Assembly: GCA_945876565.1 (NCBI GenBank)
Contig: CAMCOS010000010.1
Location: 1,244 to 65,243 of the forward strand
Direction: 5' to 3'
Length of the DNA: 64,000 nt
Source of the DNA: Lautropia mirabilis
GTDB lineage: Bacteria > Pseudomonadota > Gammaproteobacteria > Burkholderiales > Burkholderiaceae_B
Within the stretch, counting starts at the first letter, position 1; every line of letters starts with the position of its first letter. This document shows positions 20,424 to 30,213 of this stretch, piece after piece. The translations under genes were made by a program, and so were the position numbers. A model generated the notes under the pieces. It did no database searches. It was given only the letters and a program-made list of their open reading frames with translations, and was not told the DNA's origin.

Positions 20424-21233
20424 TTAACGCTTCAAACCCGGGGTATTCATTTCACCTGCGCCGTTTGCTTGGTTTGCCATATAAAGCGACAAAGCAATCG
20501 TGGCATCAGAAGCGAAGATCGGGAACGCAGCACGTTGCTGCCGATAGCAATCGTTCAAGCGGCGCTGCATGGTCCAGAAAGTACCACTTGACACGCGATA
20601 AGCCGGCCAATTTCCCCACCCCTCCGCAGCGCCCTTGGGGTCGGTCAAGTTAGGCAAATCCTGCATGCGGATACGCTGGCCATCAACTGCGTGGCAAGAA
20701 GCACAGGAAAAGTCAAAAGGTCCGCCTTCCAAGAAAAACAACTGCTCACCAACGGCAAGCATTTCCTTCTCTTTGGGATGGTTAGCCGGCACATTGATTG
20801 GCACGCCCTTGGACTGACCAACGATGTAAGCCACAACCGCTTCCATGGGCTTACGCACGCCTTGACCAAATCTGGCCTTAACGACTTCCTCAGAGGGAAT
20901 CCCTTGCAAAGTTTCCATGCAGGTCATCAAGCGCGACTCGAGGTCTTGCACCCTGTCCGTATCGGCAAAGTATCGCGGCAATTGAGCAGCAGCACCTTCA
21001 ACCACGCCAGGCCCTAAACCTAAATCGCACATCTCCAGCGTTGCATTCTTTGGTCCCGCAGGCTTGGCCCACAACTCCTGGCCTTCCATCTCGTAGAGTT
21101 CAGCCGGGTTGCCGTCGGCCAGCATTGCCCGATACTCTTTCAACTGGTCTGAAGCGGTCTGTGCAAACGCAGAAAAACTCATCAAACCGCAAACCGCAAC
21201 GGCGGCGGCATACTTGCTAGCACCTGATTTCAT
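20424..21233 (-). CDS. soxA: SoxAX cytochrome complex subunit A (monoheme type)
   Basis: DGNPAELY, a single CASCH motif, WPAYR, and QRRLNDC with the active-site Cys. Confidence 0.96.
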   Translation of the reverse strand: MKSGASKYAAAVAVCGLMSFSAFAQTASDQLKEYRAMLADGNPAELYEMEGQELWAKPAGPKNATLEMCDLGLGPGVVEGAAAQLPRYFADTDRVQDLESRLMTCMETLQGIPSEEVVKARFGQGVRKPMEAVVAYIVGQSKGVPINVPANHPKEKEMLAVGEQLFFLEGGPFDFSCASCHAVDGQRIRMQDLPNLTDPKGAAEGWGNWPAYRVSSGTFWTMQRRLNDCYRQQRAAFPIFASDATIALSLYMANQANGAGEMNTPGLKR

Positions 21234-21264
21234 TTTGTCTCCTCCCGAGCAATCATGCGTCGTA

Positions 21265-21582
21265 TTATTTGATTGCCGTCTTATCGGTACGTGATTCGCC
21301 CTTGTTGTCTTTCCAGGTCACCACAAGCTCGTCGCCCGCTTTAGCAGAGCCCTTAAGCTTGAAATTCAGGAACGGATCTTTCGAGACAGCCGGACCAAAC
21401 AGTGCGGTGAACACAACCTTGTCACCGATCTTGGCCTCTACTGTTTCAATGTACCAAGCTGGAACTAGCTGACCATCAGCGCCTTTGCGCTGACCCGTTT
21501 CCATGGCGTGACGCATCAAGACTTTGACGTCAACCGCACCATCTTGTTCGACTGTTGCTCGAATACGCATTGGACTTGCCAT
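21265..21582 (-). CDS. soxZ: Sulfur carrier subunit SoxZ
   Basis: VKVLMRHAMETGQRK, AVSKDPFLNF and WKDNKG. Confidence 0.96.
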   Translation of the reverse strand: MASPMRIRATVEQDGAVDVKVLMRHAMETGQRKGADGQLVPAWYIETVEAKIGDKVVFTALFGPAVSKDPFLNFKLKGSAKAGDELVVTWKDNKGESRTDKTAIK

Positions 21583-21651
21583 TTTGTGCCTCTCTTTATC
21601 TCGTGTATCGCTTAGCGCGAATTCAAAATCATGCCGGGATCACGTCAGCGC

Positions 21652-22107
21652 CTAGCCGCCGCAACCGCCCAAGGTGACCTTCACTTCCTTGGATGCCATG
21701 AGCCACTTGCCATCAGACTTCACCATCGCGATGACGTTCGACGTCTGACCCATCTTCACGCGAGTGGTCGCGAAAGACTCCGCACCCTCTGGCAGAACAA
21801 ACATGGCAGCCAAGGCGCTGGGGTTCTTCTCAACCAAAATGGCCATTTCAGTGGCTTTGAGCGAACTTTCCACCCCAACCGGCACCACGGCACCGTTCTC
21901 AGCAATGTCAGGCGCACGCACTTGAACTTTGTCCGACACCACGGGAAGGCCAGAGGAGCCAAGCACCTTAGCCACATCTTCTACCGTCTTGGCTTTGAAT
22001 GCTGCCTCGTTCCAAGCAGCCGCTTCAGCTTGGGTCATCAAGCCAGCACTGGCCATCAGACCGACCAACGCGGTCATTTGCATGAGCATACGTCGTTGTT
22101 GATTCAT
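21652..22107 (-). CDS. soxY: Sulfur carrier protein SoxY
   Basis: Tat signal (QRRMLM), APDIAENGAVVPV and the C-terminal swinging arm VKVTLGGCGG. Confidence 0.98.
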   Translation of the reverse strand: MNQQRRMLMQMTALVGLMASAGLMTQAEAAAWNEAAFKAKTVEDVAKVLGSSGLPVVSDKVQVRAPDIAENGAVVPVGVESSLKATEMAILVEKNPSALAAMFVLPEGAESFATTRVKMGQTSNVIAMVKSDGKWLMASKEVKVTLGGCGG

Positions 22108-22165
22108 TTGTTAACTCCTCTTCAAATATAAAAACTGCTTTGTTAAACCGGCCAGCACGCAAAAA

Positions 22166-23242
22166 CTACGAGCCCGAAACCATCCACTTAACCATCACAG
22201 CAATGTCCTCATCCGATATCTGAGGATGCGGTGGCATGGGAATTTGCCCCCATGTGCCCACGGCACCGTTCTTGACCTTTGCCGCTAACATCACCAACGC
22301 ATCGGGCTGATCTTTGTATTTGGCTGCCACCTCGGCAATCGAGGGTCCAACCATCTTGGTGTGGGCGGCGTGACAGGCAGCACAGTTATTTTTGGCGAAC
22401 AGAGCCTTTGCGTCAATGGCACCACCCCCCGCATCGGAAGCAACCACCGCGGTCATGGCCACTGGCTGATAGTCAGCACCAGGCAAAGATGACAATGGTG
22501 GCTTGGTGGTATCCGCCCCACGGTAGGGCCCAAATATACGGTTCTGCTCAGCAATGTTGTAGTGAGCATTGCGCGCATAATCAGGCAATGTCGATGTAAC
22601 GGTCACTGTCTCAACGCAATTGGTCATGCAAGTGCTACCGTTAACATCAGGCTTGCCATTGCGCTTCCACATGCCGTGTTCCAGCGTCATCCCGTTACGA
22701 TTTGGCATGCGCTCCTGAACCTCAGCGATGGTCTCATTCGACAAGACAAAGTCTTCCGGGACGATCTCACCGAGATACAACATGTAGGCCAGCACCGCAT
22801 AGGTGTCGTCAGCTGACAAGGTGCGAGGATTGGTCCATGGCATCGCACGATGGATGTAGTCCCACAGGGTCGAGACAGTGGGCACCTTCATCAACGTGCT
22901 TCGCTGAGGCTGATTAGGATCAGTCAGTGAGGCCACCCGCCCAGTCTTTTGATCCTCCAAAGTGGTTCCACCGATGATCGGTGTAAACACTTCGTTGGAC
23001 TCACCAAAAGAGCCATGGCAGCTTGCGCACTGAGCATCCCAGATGCCCATACCATCATCGACCGAGCCCGAGCCCTTGGGTAGACCCACAAAATCGGGCC
23101 GAACATCGATATCCCAGGCAATCACTTCGTTGGGGGTCGCCAAGCGACCAATACCTTCGTACGTTTTGGCATCTTGTGCCAATGCAACGCCAGCCATGCC
23201 AGCCAGCGCAAAAGATCCGATAAGCTTAGCCAACTTGAACAT
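22166..23242 (-). CDS. soxD: Sulfane-sulfur dehydrogenase diheme cytochrome subunit SoxD
   Basis: GIGRLATPNEVIAWDIDVRPD, CASCH and CAACH heme motifs, YIHRAMP and MPNRNG. Start set at ATG 23242 (MFKLAKL). Confidence 0.95.
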   Translation of the reverse strand: MFKLAKLIGSFALAGMAGVALAQDAKTYEGIGRLATPNEVIAWDIDVRPDFVGLPKGSGSVDDGMGIWDAQCASCHGSFGESNEVFTPIIGGTTLEDQKTGRVASLTDPNQPQRSTLMKVPTVSTLWDYIHRAMPWTNPRTLSADDTYAVLAYMLYLGEIVPEDFVLSNETIAEVQERMPNRNGMTLEHGMWKRNGKPDVNGSTCMTNCVETVTVTSTLPDYARNAHYNIAEQNRIFGPYRGADTTKPPLSSLPGADYQPVAMTAVVASDAGGGAIDAKALFAKNNCAACHAAHTKMVGPSIAEVAAKYKDQPDALVMLAAKVKNGAVGTWGQIPMPPHPQISDEDIAVMVKWMVSGS

Positions 23243-24605
23243 TGCTAACCTCTCCGTTTGTGCCAACCTTCCAAGACTGGATGGCGTTGTTGTGATAGAT
23301 CGAACGGGTGCCCCGAACTTCACGCAACTGGCGAATCGCCGGCTGCACATGTCCGGTGCTGTCAACCGCACGTGACTGCAGAATCGCTGGCTTACCGTCC
23401 CAAACCCAATCGATGCTAAAGCGTGTCAAACACTTATCCATGACCGGCGTCTCTAGGCGAGCCTGGCTCCAGTTTTTACCGCCATCAACCGAAACATCAA
23501 CGCGCTCGATCTTCCCGCGACCAGACCATGCCAAGCCACTGATTGCATAAAAACCCGTATTGAGCAACTGCTGACCACCAGACGGGGTGGTAATCACCGA
23601 CTTAACCTCCTGAATGGTGGTGTACTGCCGATGCAGGCCATCAGGCATCAAGTCGATGTAGTGCACTGCCTCGTCTTTTGCGGCGTAGGGCTGATCGCCC
23701 ACCTCAATACGACGCAGCCACTTGACCCAGCTCACGCCCTGCACGCCTGGCACGACCAGACGTAAGGGATAACCGTTTTCCGGGCGTAGCATCTCACCGT
23801 TCATGCCAAACGCAACCATGACATCATCTAAGGCGATGTCCATCGGGATGGTACGTGTCATGCCCGAGCCATCATTGCCCTCAGCCAAAATGTACTTGCC
23901 TTTCTTCAAGTCTGCGCCCGCCATCTCTAGCAACAGCGACAACGGCACGCCAGTGAACTCGCAACAGGACAGCATGCCGTGGGTGTATTGCACGGTGGGC
24001 ACGGCCACGTTGCCCCACTCCATGCCGGTGTTGGCACCGCACTCAATGAAGTAAAACTTCGATGTGCGTGGCAGCCGCAACAAGTCATCCATCGTGAAGA
24101 CGAGTTCTTTTTTAACCATGCCATTGATCATCAAGCGATGCTTGTTTGGATCGATGTCATACCAGCCTTGATGGTGACGCTCAAAATGCAGCCCGTTTGG
24201 GGTGATGATCCCAAAAAAGCCCTGCAACGGTGCAAACGCAACCGATGCCGCATCCACCGCGGTTAGCCCAGGCGACTGGCGGCGCTGCAGATACTTTTCA
24301 TAGATTGATGGCTCACCGTAGGGCTTTACTGCCACTGGCTGACCAAGCGTGGTTTGCCAAATCTGCTTCTCAACGATGGCAGGATCATCAGGGCCGGCTT
24401 GCGCCATGGCCTTGGCACCGACGCCCGTGGCCAAGCCTGCACCAACAGCACCTAAGAAGCTCTTGCGCAAAAACCCTCTGCGCTCTTCACTCATCCCATT
24501 GGCTGACACATCAGCCACAAACTCGGCGGGCAAAAAATTCTCGGGCGCTTTGCGCACCTGCCCGGGTATTTCAGAAAGCTTTGACTTGCTCAAGACAATC
24601 TCCAA
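23226..24605 (-). CDS. soxC: Sulfane-sulfur dehydrogenase molybdopterin subunit SoxC
   Basis: Tat motif RRGFL, ITPNGLHFERHH, FIECGAN, LRPENGYPLRLVVPG, GLAWSGRG and HNNAIQSW. Confidence 0.96.
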   Translation of the reverse strand: MEIVLSKSKLSEIPGQVRKAPENFLPAEFVADVSANGMSEERRGFLRKSFLGAVGAGLATGVGAKAMAQAGPDDPAIVEKQIWQTTLGQPVAVKPYGEPSIYEKYLQRRQSPGLTAVDAASVAFAPLQGFFGIITPNGLHFERHHQGWYDIDPNKHRLMINGMVKKELVFTMDDLLRLPRTSKFYFIECGANTGMEWGNVAVPTVQYTHGMLSCCEFTGVPLSLLLEMAGADLKKGKYILAEGNDGSGMTRTIPMDIALDDVMVAFGMNGEMLRPENGYPLRLVVPGVQGVSWVKWLRRIEVGDQPYAAKDEAVHYIDLMPDGLHRQYTTIQEVKSVITTPSGGQQLLNTGFYAISGLAWSGRGKIERVDVSVDGGKNWSQARLETPVMDKCLTRFSIDWVWDGKPAILQSRAVDSTGHVQPAIRQLREVRGTRSIYHNNAIQSWKVGTNGEVSNVQVG

Positions 24606-24799
24606 AAATCAACCCTAGCTGCGGCGTGGATTTGTTTATTATGGTTATTTGATAATTCGATAAAGTAATAAAAATCTGACGTTTAAGCAAGATCAATAGA
24701 AACCCTAATATCCCTCTTGCTTTCATTCGGGCAAGGTGTATTTCTTAAGGCAAATATCATCAAAAAATAAAGCAAGACTTACACAAAGAGGTGGCATTT

Positions 24800-25738
24800 A
24801 TGTCAGAAAAAAGTCACGATTCCCAATCAGCGCACGCTTCAGACGATCTGTATGCCGATGGCAAAGCCCTAGGCGGCCGATCGGACACCACGCGTCGTGC
24901 ATTCTTACGCAACACCACAGCAGCCAGTCTGGCAGGCGGCTTTGCTCTGGCTGCTCACCCGATTCAGGCGCAACAAGTGATCAGCACCGATTTCGACGGC
25001 TTAGATACGGGTGAGGCCAGCATTGAGGAAAACGGTATCGAACTTTATGCCTATTACGCCAAGCCCAAAGATGCCAAAGGTCCCTTGCCAACGATTATCG
25101 TCTGTAGCGAAATATTCGGCGTGCATGAGTACATCGCCGACACGGCGCGGCGATTCGCCAAACAGGGCTACCTCGCGATTGCGCCTGAATTCTTCACACG
25201 GGCTGGCGACCCAACCTCGCTGGGTACTTTCGCTGAGATTCTCAAAGAAATTGTAGGTAAAACGCCAGACGCCCAAGTCATGGATGACATTCGCGCAAGC
25301 CTGGCCTGGGCTGCCAAAAATGGCGGTGATTCAAACCGAGTTGGCATCACCGGGTTTTGCTGGGGTGGACGCATCACTTGGCTGGCATGCGCCAATATCC
25401 CGGAAATTAAAGCGGGCGTGGCTTGGTATGGACGCTTGGTCGGCGAGAAAAGCGCGAACTTCCCGGCTCACCCAGTTGACCTGGCCAAAGATTTAAATGC
25501 CCCGGTGCTTGGCCTTTACGGCGAGAAAGACGATGGCATTCCACTTGAGTCAGTAGACCAAATGAAGCAGGCACTTGCAGCCGCCACGGGCAACCCTGCG
25601 GCGCAGGGTTCGAGGTTCGAAATCTACCCAGATGCTCCCCACGCATTTCATGCCGATTACCGTGCAACGTATCGGCCCGGTCCAGCCAAAGACGGCTGGC
25701 AAAAGTGTCTGGCTTGGTTTGCCGAGCATGGCATTTAA
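24800..25738 (+). CDS. Dienelactone hydrolase family protein with a Tat signal
   Basis: TRRAFL Tat motif, EIFGVHEYI, nucleophile motif GFCWGG, and PDAPHAFHADYR. Confidence 0.9.
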   Translation: MSEKSHDSQSAHASDDLYADGKALGGRSDTTRRAFLRNTTAASLAGGFALAAHPIQAQQVISTDFDGLDTGEASIEENGIELYAYYAKPKDAKGPLPTIIVCSEIFGVHEYIADTARRFAKQGYLAIAPEFFTRAGDPTSLGTFAEILKEIVGKTPDAQVMDDIRASLAWAAKNGGDSNRVGITGFCWGGRITWLACANIPEIKAGVAWYGRLVGEKSANFPAHPVDLAKDLNAPVLGLYGEKDDGIPLESVDQMKQALAAATGNPAAQGSRFEIYPDAPHAFHADYRATYRPGPAKDGWQKCLAWFAEHGI

Positions 25739-25848
25739 ACAAGCCGCCAAGGCAAATCGACGCGTCATGAAAACACACGACCAGTAAGTCGCCATTAGAA
25801 AAAACAATTTGCTTCTGCAAATAAAAAAGTTTCGCAACACGACATTTC

Positions 25849-25862
25849 TTGATATAAATCAA
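25849..25862. promoter_or_regulatory. FNR/Anr-type box upstream of fccA
   Basis: TTGAT-ATAA-ATCAA is a perfect match to TTGAT-N4-ATCAA and ends 49 bp before the fccA ATG. Confidence 0.8.
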
Positions 25863-25910
25863 CCGTGAATCAGAAAAAGCCTATACCGGCAAAGTTAAAG
25901 GAGACTCACG

Positions 25911-26243
25911 ATGAAGGTAGCTCGAAAGGCTGTTGGACTTGCTTTGGCCAGCGCAGCTTTGGCAATTGGCACAAGCAGCATGGCGGTGGCCAGCGATGTC
26001 ACTGCAGAACGCGTTTATCACCTCAGCCTTGCAGCAACCTGCGCCAACTGCCACGGCACCAATGGGGTAAGCGTGGCTGGCGACAGAATGCCCAAGATCA
26101 ACGAGTTAACTCACGTTCAGTTAGCACAAATAATGCGCCAATACAAGTCTGGCGAAAAGACTGGCACGATCATGCCTCAGATTGCCAAAGGCTACACCGA
26201 GGAACAAATCGACATCATCGCCAAAGTACTTGGCAAAAACTAA
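25911..26243 (+). CDS. fccA: Flavocytochrome c sulfide dehydrogenase, monoheme cytochrome subunit
   Basis: Signal peptide, CANCHGTNG and TIMPQIAKGY; directly upstream of the flavoprotein gene. Confidence 0.88.
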   Translation: MKVARKAVGLALASAALAIGTSSMAVASDVTAERVYHLSLAATCANCHGTNGVSVAGDRMPKINELTHVQLAQIMRQYKSGEKTGTIMPQIAKGYTEEQIDIIAKVLGKN

Positions 26244-26267
26244 AAGACCATCCTCGAGGAGAACATT

Positions 26268-27545
26268 ATGAATCGTCGCTTGTTTCTCGGACAAAGTGCC
26301 GCACTGTTCGGCACGACAGCGGGTATTAACAAGCTTGCTCTTGCCAGCGCACCGAGCAAAGCTCAGGTCGTGATCGTTGGCGCTGGCTATGGTGGCGCCA
26401 CTGCTGCCAAATATCTTCGCATGCTGTCAAACAATTCGATCAGCGTCACGCTCATTGAGCCCAACGACAACTTCATTTCCTGCCCATTGTCAAACCTTGT
26501 GGTCGGTGGTGAAGAGAAGTTGGGTGCCCTGACCACCTCCTACAAAGGTCTGCCTGACAAATACGGCGTTACCATGGTCAAGGACACGGTCACTAAACTC
26601 GATACCAAAAAGAAAACAGTCACAACTGCCGGTGGCAGCACAATTGCCTACGACAAACTAATCCTCTCACCGGGTATCTCGATGAATATGGCCAGCGTTG
26701 AAGGTCTGGCGCAAGCCAACGCCGAGGGCATCACCCTGCAAGCCTGGAAAGCCGGTCCAGAGACAGTCGCGCTGCACAAGCAGATTGCCGACATGCCCGA
26801 TGGCGGTGTGGTCGCTTTGACAATCCCGCTGGCCCCCTATCGCTGCCCGCCAGGACCGTACGAGCGAACCTGCCAGATTGCGAATTACCTCAAGAACAAC
26901 AAGCCCAAGTCCAAGATCGTGGTGTTTGATGCCAACGAAGACGTGACATCGAAAGGCAAACTATTCAAACAGGTTTGGTCCAGTATGTATGACGGCTACA
27001 TCGACTACCGCCCGGCACACAACGTGGTCGGAGTCGATGGTAAGACACGCACCTTGAAGTTTGAGCTCTCCGACGATTTCAAGGCTGATGTGCTTAACGT
27101 CATACCGACCATGGGTGCTGGTTCGCTTGTGGTGGACTCGGGCTTAGCTAACATGAACAATCGCTGGGCTGAGGTCGCTTTTCTGAATTTTGAGTCGACC
27201 CAAGCCAAGGACGTGCACGTCATTGGTGACTCAATCCAGATTGCACCTGGCATGCCGAAATCCGGTCACATGGCCAACCAGCATGCCAAAGTGGCGGCTG
27301 CTGCGATTGTGGCTGAATTAAACAACTTCCCAGTTAACCCAAACCCTGTCGTCACGAATACCTGCTACAGCTTCATTAGTGCGCGAGAGGTCGTGCATGT
27401 GGCGAGCGTGCACCAATACGATGCTGCACAGAAAACGTTCTTACCCGTCAAGGGGGCCGGTGGTCTTTCGCCGGAGCCAAGCCAGCTCGAAGGCATTTAT
27501 GCCTGGGGTTGGGCCAAGAACATCTGGAACGATACCGTCGGCTAA
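26268..27545 (+). CDS. fccB: Flavocytochrome c sulfide dehydrogenase flavoprotein subunit (FccB/SoxF)
   Basis: Tat RRLFLG, GAGYGG, SCPLSN (FAD-linked Cys), YRCPPGPYER, MPKSGHMAN and NTCYS. Confidence 0.95.
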   Translation: MNRRLFLGQSAALFGTTAGINKLALASAPSKAQVVIVGAGYGGATAAKYLRMLSNNSISVTLIEPNDNFISCPLSNLVVGGEEKLGALTTSYKGLPDKYGVTMVKDTVTKLDTKKKTVTTAGGSTIAYDKLILSPGISMNMASVEGLAQANAEGITLQAWKAGPETVALHKQIADMPDGGVVALTIPLAPYRCPPGPYERTCQIANYLKNNKPKSKIVVFDANEDVTSKGKLFKQVWSSMYDGYIDYRPAHNVVGVDGKTRTLKFELSDDFKADVLNVIPTMGAGSLVVDSGLANMNNRWAEVAFLNFESTQAKDVHVIGDSIQIAPGMPKSGHMANQHAKVAAAAIVAELNNFPVNPNPVVTNTCYSFISAREVVHVASVHQYDAAQKTFLPVKGAGGLSPEPSQLEGIYAWGWAKNIWNDTVG

Positions 27546-27568
27546 TCCAGACTCTGGTTCAAACCAAC

Positions 27569-27598
27569 AAAAACGCCACTCGATCGGGTGGCGTTTTT
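27569..27598. terminator. Intrinsic terminator after fccB (A-tract and T-tract, bidirectional)
   Basis: AAAAACGCCAC-TCGATCGG-GTGGCGTTTTT. Confidence 0.85.
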
Positions 27599-27630
27599 CT
27601 GGTGGTTGTTAGCAGTTATTAACGCTGGTT

Positions 27631-27670
27631 GTTACTGATTGTTACTGATTATTACCGATTGTTAGTTGTT
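27631..27670 (+). repeat. Degenerate 10-bp tandem repeat in a T-rich low-complexity tract
   Basis: GTTACTGATT GTTACTGATT ATTACCGATT GTTAGTTGTT. Confidence 0.7.
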
Positions 27671-27727
27671 TATTTTTATTGTTGGCTTTTGTATCAGTAC
27701 TCGTTGGCGGCTTTGAGCCGCCAATGC

Positions 27728-28294
27728 TTAAGTTGCCGGGGACTTTGGGGGGACAAGAAAGCCCATCAACAGCTTGGCCGCATACAGCATAAAGAACGTG
27801 CCAATCAAATCGCCCACAAACATAGTGACAAACGTGTCACTAAACGCATCAACCGCGCCAATGGCAGTGAAGTGCAAGTTGTGAAACACCGACCCAGCGA
27901 GCGCCACCACCACACTTAAAACGACTAACTGTGACGCGCTCAGTCCCTTGAGGTCTGAGCGCAAACCAAACCAGCGGGCGCAGACCAGATAAGCCAACAT
28001 GGGGGCAAGCGCCGACAAGCCAGCCAGCACAATGACCATGCTCGGGTCCGAGAAATCGTGTGTGTAGTAACCCGTAATCAAACTGCCGATAAACAATCCA
28101 AGCACACCAACCCAGCCACAAAGCAACACCGCAAGCATTCGCAATGCAGCAGGCAAAAAAATCCAGGATGCATACTGTGAGATCGCGACGTAATCAAATA
28201 GCCAGTCGTTTACGATGTAAAGAAACACCCACGCGCCAGTAATGAGTATCAGTTGCGCCAACACCGATGGCACCGCAGGAGAGCTCGATGACAT
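27728..28294 (-). CDS. Stand-alone MASE1-like membrane protein
   Basis: About five TM segments; WIFLPAALRMLAVLLCGWVGVLGLFIG and a terminal MFVGDLIG resemble MASE1; no cytoplasmic output domain. Confidence 0.65.
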   Translation of the reverse strand: MSSSSPAVPSVLAQLILITGAWVFLYIVNDWLFDYVAISQYASWIFLPAALRMLAVLLCGWVGVLGLFIGSLITGYYTHDFSDPSMVIVLAGLSALAPMLAYLVCARWFGLRSDLKGLSASQLVVLSVVVALAGSVFHNLHFTAIGAVDAFSDTFVTMFVGDLIGTFFMLYAAKLLMGFLVPPKSPAT

Positions 28295-28305
28295 AGCGCA
28301 GTCCC

Positions 28306-28662
28306 TTAAGCTCTGCCCGCTTCATTCAGGCAACGACCCAAGGCGCTGAAATAGTCGTCGGTGCGTCTAGTCGGTACAACGTATTTGATGCGCGTATCCG
28401 ATGCATCAGTCTCAAGCGCCAATAGGTCTTTGGCGCGCAGAGACTTCAGTCGTCGATGCAAAGTCGTGGGCGAGACATCGACCGGCAAGGCCATGGCCTC
28501 AAGCACTGTTACACGCCCACCACCATGCCAGATCGAAGCCAGCGCATTGAGCAAGCGCTCTTCGACCGGATCAACGTGCGGAAAAGACGGCAACTCCCGA
28601 ATGGCTTGCATCAAGTTCAGGAATCGCAAGTAGACACTGGAGTACTTGGTTTGTTCGCTCAT
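28306..28662 (-). CDS. Small winged-helix (MarR-like) DNA-binding protein
   Basis: VSPTTLHRRLKSLRAKDLL helix-turn-helix and DASDTRIKYVVPT wing. Confidence 0.75.
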   Translation of the reverse strand: MSEQTKYSSVYLRFLNLMQAIRELPSFPHVDPVEERLLNALASIWHGGGRVTVLEAMALPVDVSPTTLHRRLKSLRAKDLLALETDASDTRIKYVVPTRRTDDYFSALGRCLNEAGRA

Positions 28663-28710
28663 AGTTCCATATTAGAACATTTTGCACCGGCAAGCGGATT
28701 CAGTTAACGA

Positions 28711-30213
28711 TCAGGCAGCCTGTTGCCAAAGCCCACTCATCCAGAGACCAATTTGTTCACGGTTGGTTTCAGACAGCGTCGTCGTCGGCGAAAGTCTGCC
28801 GTTAAACATCACGGCAATCCGATCAGCCACATCAAAAATCTCCTCAAGTTCTTCAGAGATAATCAGCACGGCGCAACCGCCCCGGGCCAGATCGATCAGG
28901 GACTGACGAATCAAGGCCGCGGCGCCCACATCGACGCCCCACGTAGGTTGTGCGCAAATCAGCACCGTCGGTGCTTGCAAAACCTCACGCCCTACAATGA
29001 ACTTTTGCAGGTTGCCGCCCGATAGCGAACGAGCCTGTGCGTGCGGGCCTGTTGCCTTGACCTGAAAAGAGTTTATGCAGCGCTCGGTCCATGCGCGGGC
29101 TTTTTCAAATTGCAAAAACCCTTTGCTCACCAAGCCCATGCGATCAGCACCCGTCAAAATGGCATTTTCTGTCAAGCTCAAGTCAGCCAACGCCCCAGTA
29201 CCCAAACGATCTTCAGGCACATAGCAAAGGCCGAGGCGCCTGCGCTGCATGGGATCATCCAACATGAAAGAGCGACCAAACCAGCGCAACTCGCCTGCAT
29301 CAGGCAAGACCTCGCCAGCCAACAACGCACAGAGCTCACGCTGGCCATTGCCTGAAATGCCAGCAATCCCCATAACCTCGCCGGCGCGCAAGCTTAGCGT
29401 GATGTCAACTAGGCTGACGCCCTGCGACTCAACAGCTTTCAGTGCTAGCCCATCAGCCTGCAAGGCGATCACGCCCAACGAAGGCTCGGGCTTGACAGGG
29501 TGCTCAAAGTCATGACCAATCATCATGCGCGCAAGCGACGCTGGCGTTTGCTGATGTGTGACGCACTCGCCAGTGACTCGCCCATCGCGCAGCACCGTGA
29601 CCCGATCGCACAATGACAGAATCTCGTCTAACTTGTGACTGATGTAGAGAATCCCACAGCCTTCTGAGCGGATCTGGCGAAGGGTTTCAAACAAACGCTC
29701 AACGGCCGTTGGCGCAAGCACTGATGTGGGCTCGTCCATGATCAAGAGCTTGGGTTTCTGGATCAGGCATCGAATGATTTCGACGCGCTGCCGCTCGCCA
29801 ACAGAGAGGTCGTGCACATAACGGCTTGGATCAATCGGCAGGCCGTAGTGCTCAGATACCTCGTGAATCTGTTCAGACAATGCGTCAAGCGATTGCCCAG
29901 GCGGCAAAAACAATGCTGTGTTCTGCGCCACCGTTAACGTCTCAAACAACGAAAAGTGCTGAAACACCATGCCAATGCCCAGCGCCCTGGCTTGGGCAGG
30001 ACTCGCAATCGTGACCGGACGATCTTCCCAAAAAATGGTGCCGCCAGTGGGAGACGTCACGCCGTAAATCATTTTCATGAGCGTGGACTTGCCAGCACCA
30101 TTTTCGCCAAGCACGGCGTGAATCTCGCCAGCATCAACGCTCAGGCTGACCTCATGATTGGCCAAGACTGAAGGATAAGCTTTCGATAGTGATTCGACGC
30201 GCAAACGCGGCAT
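28711..30213 (-). CDS. CUT2-type (nucleoside/purine/sugar) ABC transporter ATP-binding protein
   Basis: GENGAGKST, GMVFQHF, LSVGERQRVE, LSGGNLQK, QPTWGVDVG and ISEELEE. Confidence 0.92.
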   Translation of the reverse strand: MPRLRVESLSKAYPSVLANHEVSLSVDAGEIHAVLGENGAGKSTLMKMIYGVTSPTGGTIFWEDRPVTIASPAQARALGIGMVFQHFSLFETLTVAQNTALFLPPGQSLDALSEQIHEVSEHYGLPIDPSRYVHDLSVGERQRVEIIRCLIQKPKLLIMDEPTSVLAPTAVERLFETLRQIRSEGCGILYISHKLDEILSLCDRVTVLRDGRVTGECVTHQQTPASLARMMIGHDFEHPVKPEPSLGVIALQADGLALKAVESQGVSLVDITLSLRAGEVMGIAGISGNGQRELCALLAGEVLPDAGELRWFGRSFMLDDPMQRRRLGLCYVPEDRLGTGALADLSLTENAILTGADRMGLVSKGFLQFEKARAWTERCINSFQVKATGPHAQARSLSGGNLQKFIVGREVLQAPTVLICAQPTWGVDVGAAALIRQSLIDLARGGCAVLIISEELEEIFDVADRIAVMFNGRLSPTTTLSETNREQIGLWMSGLWQQAA

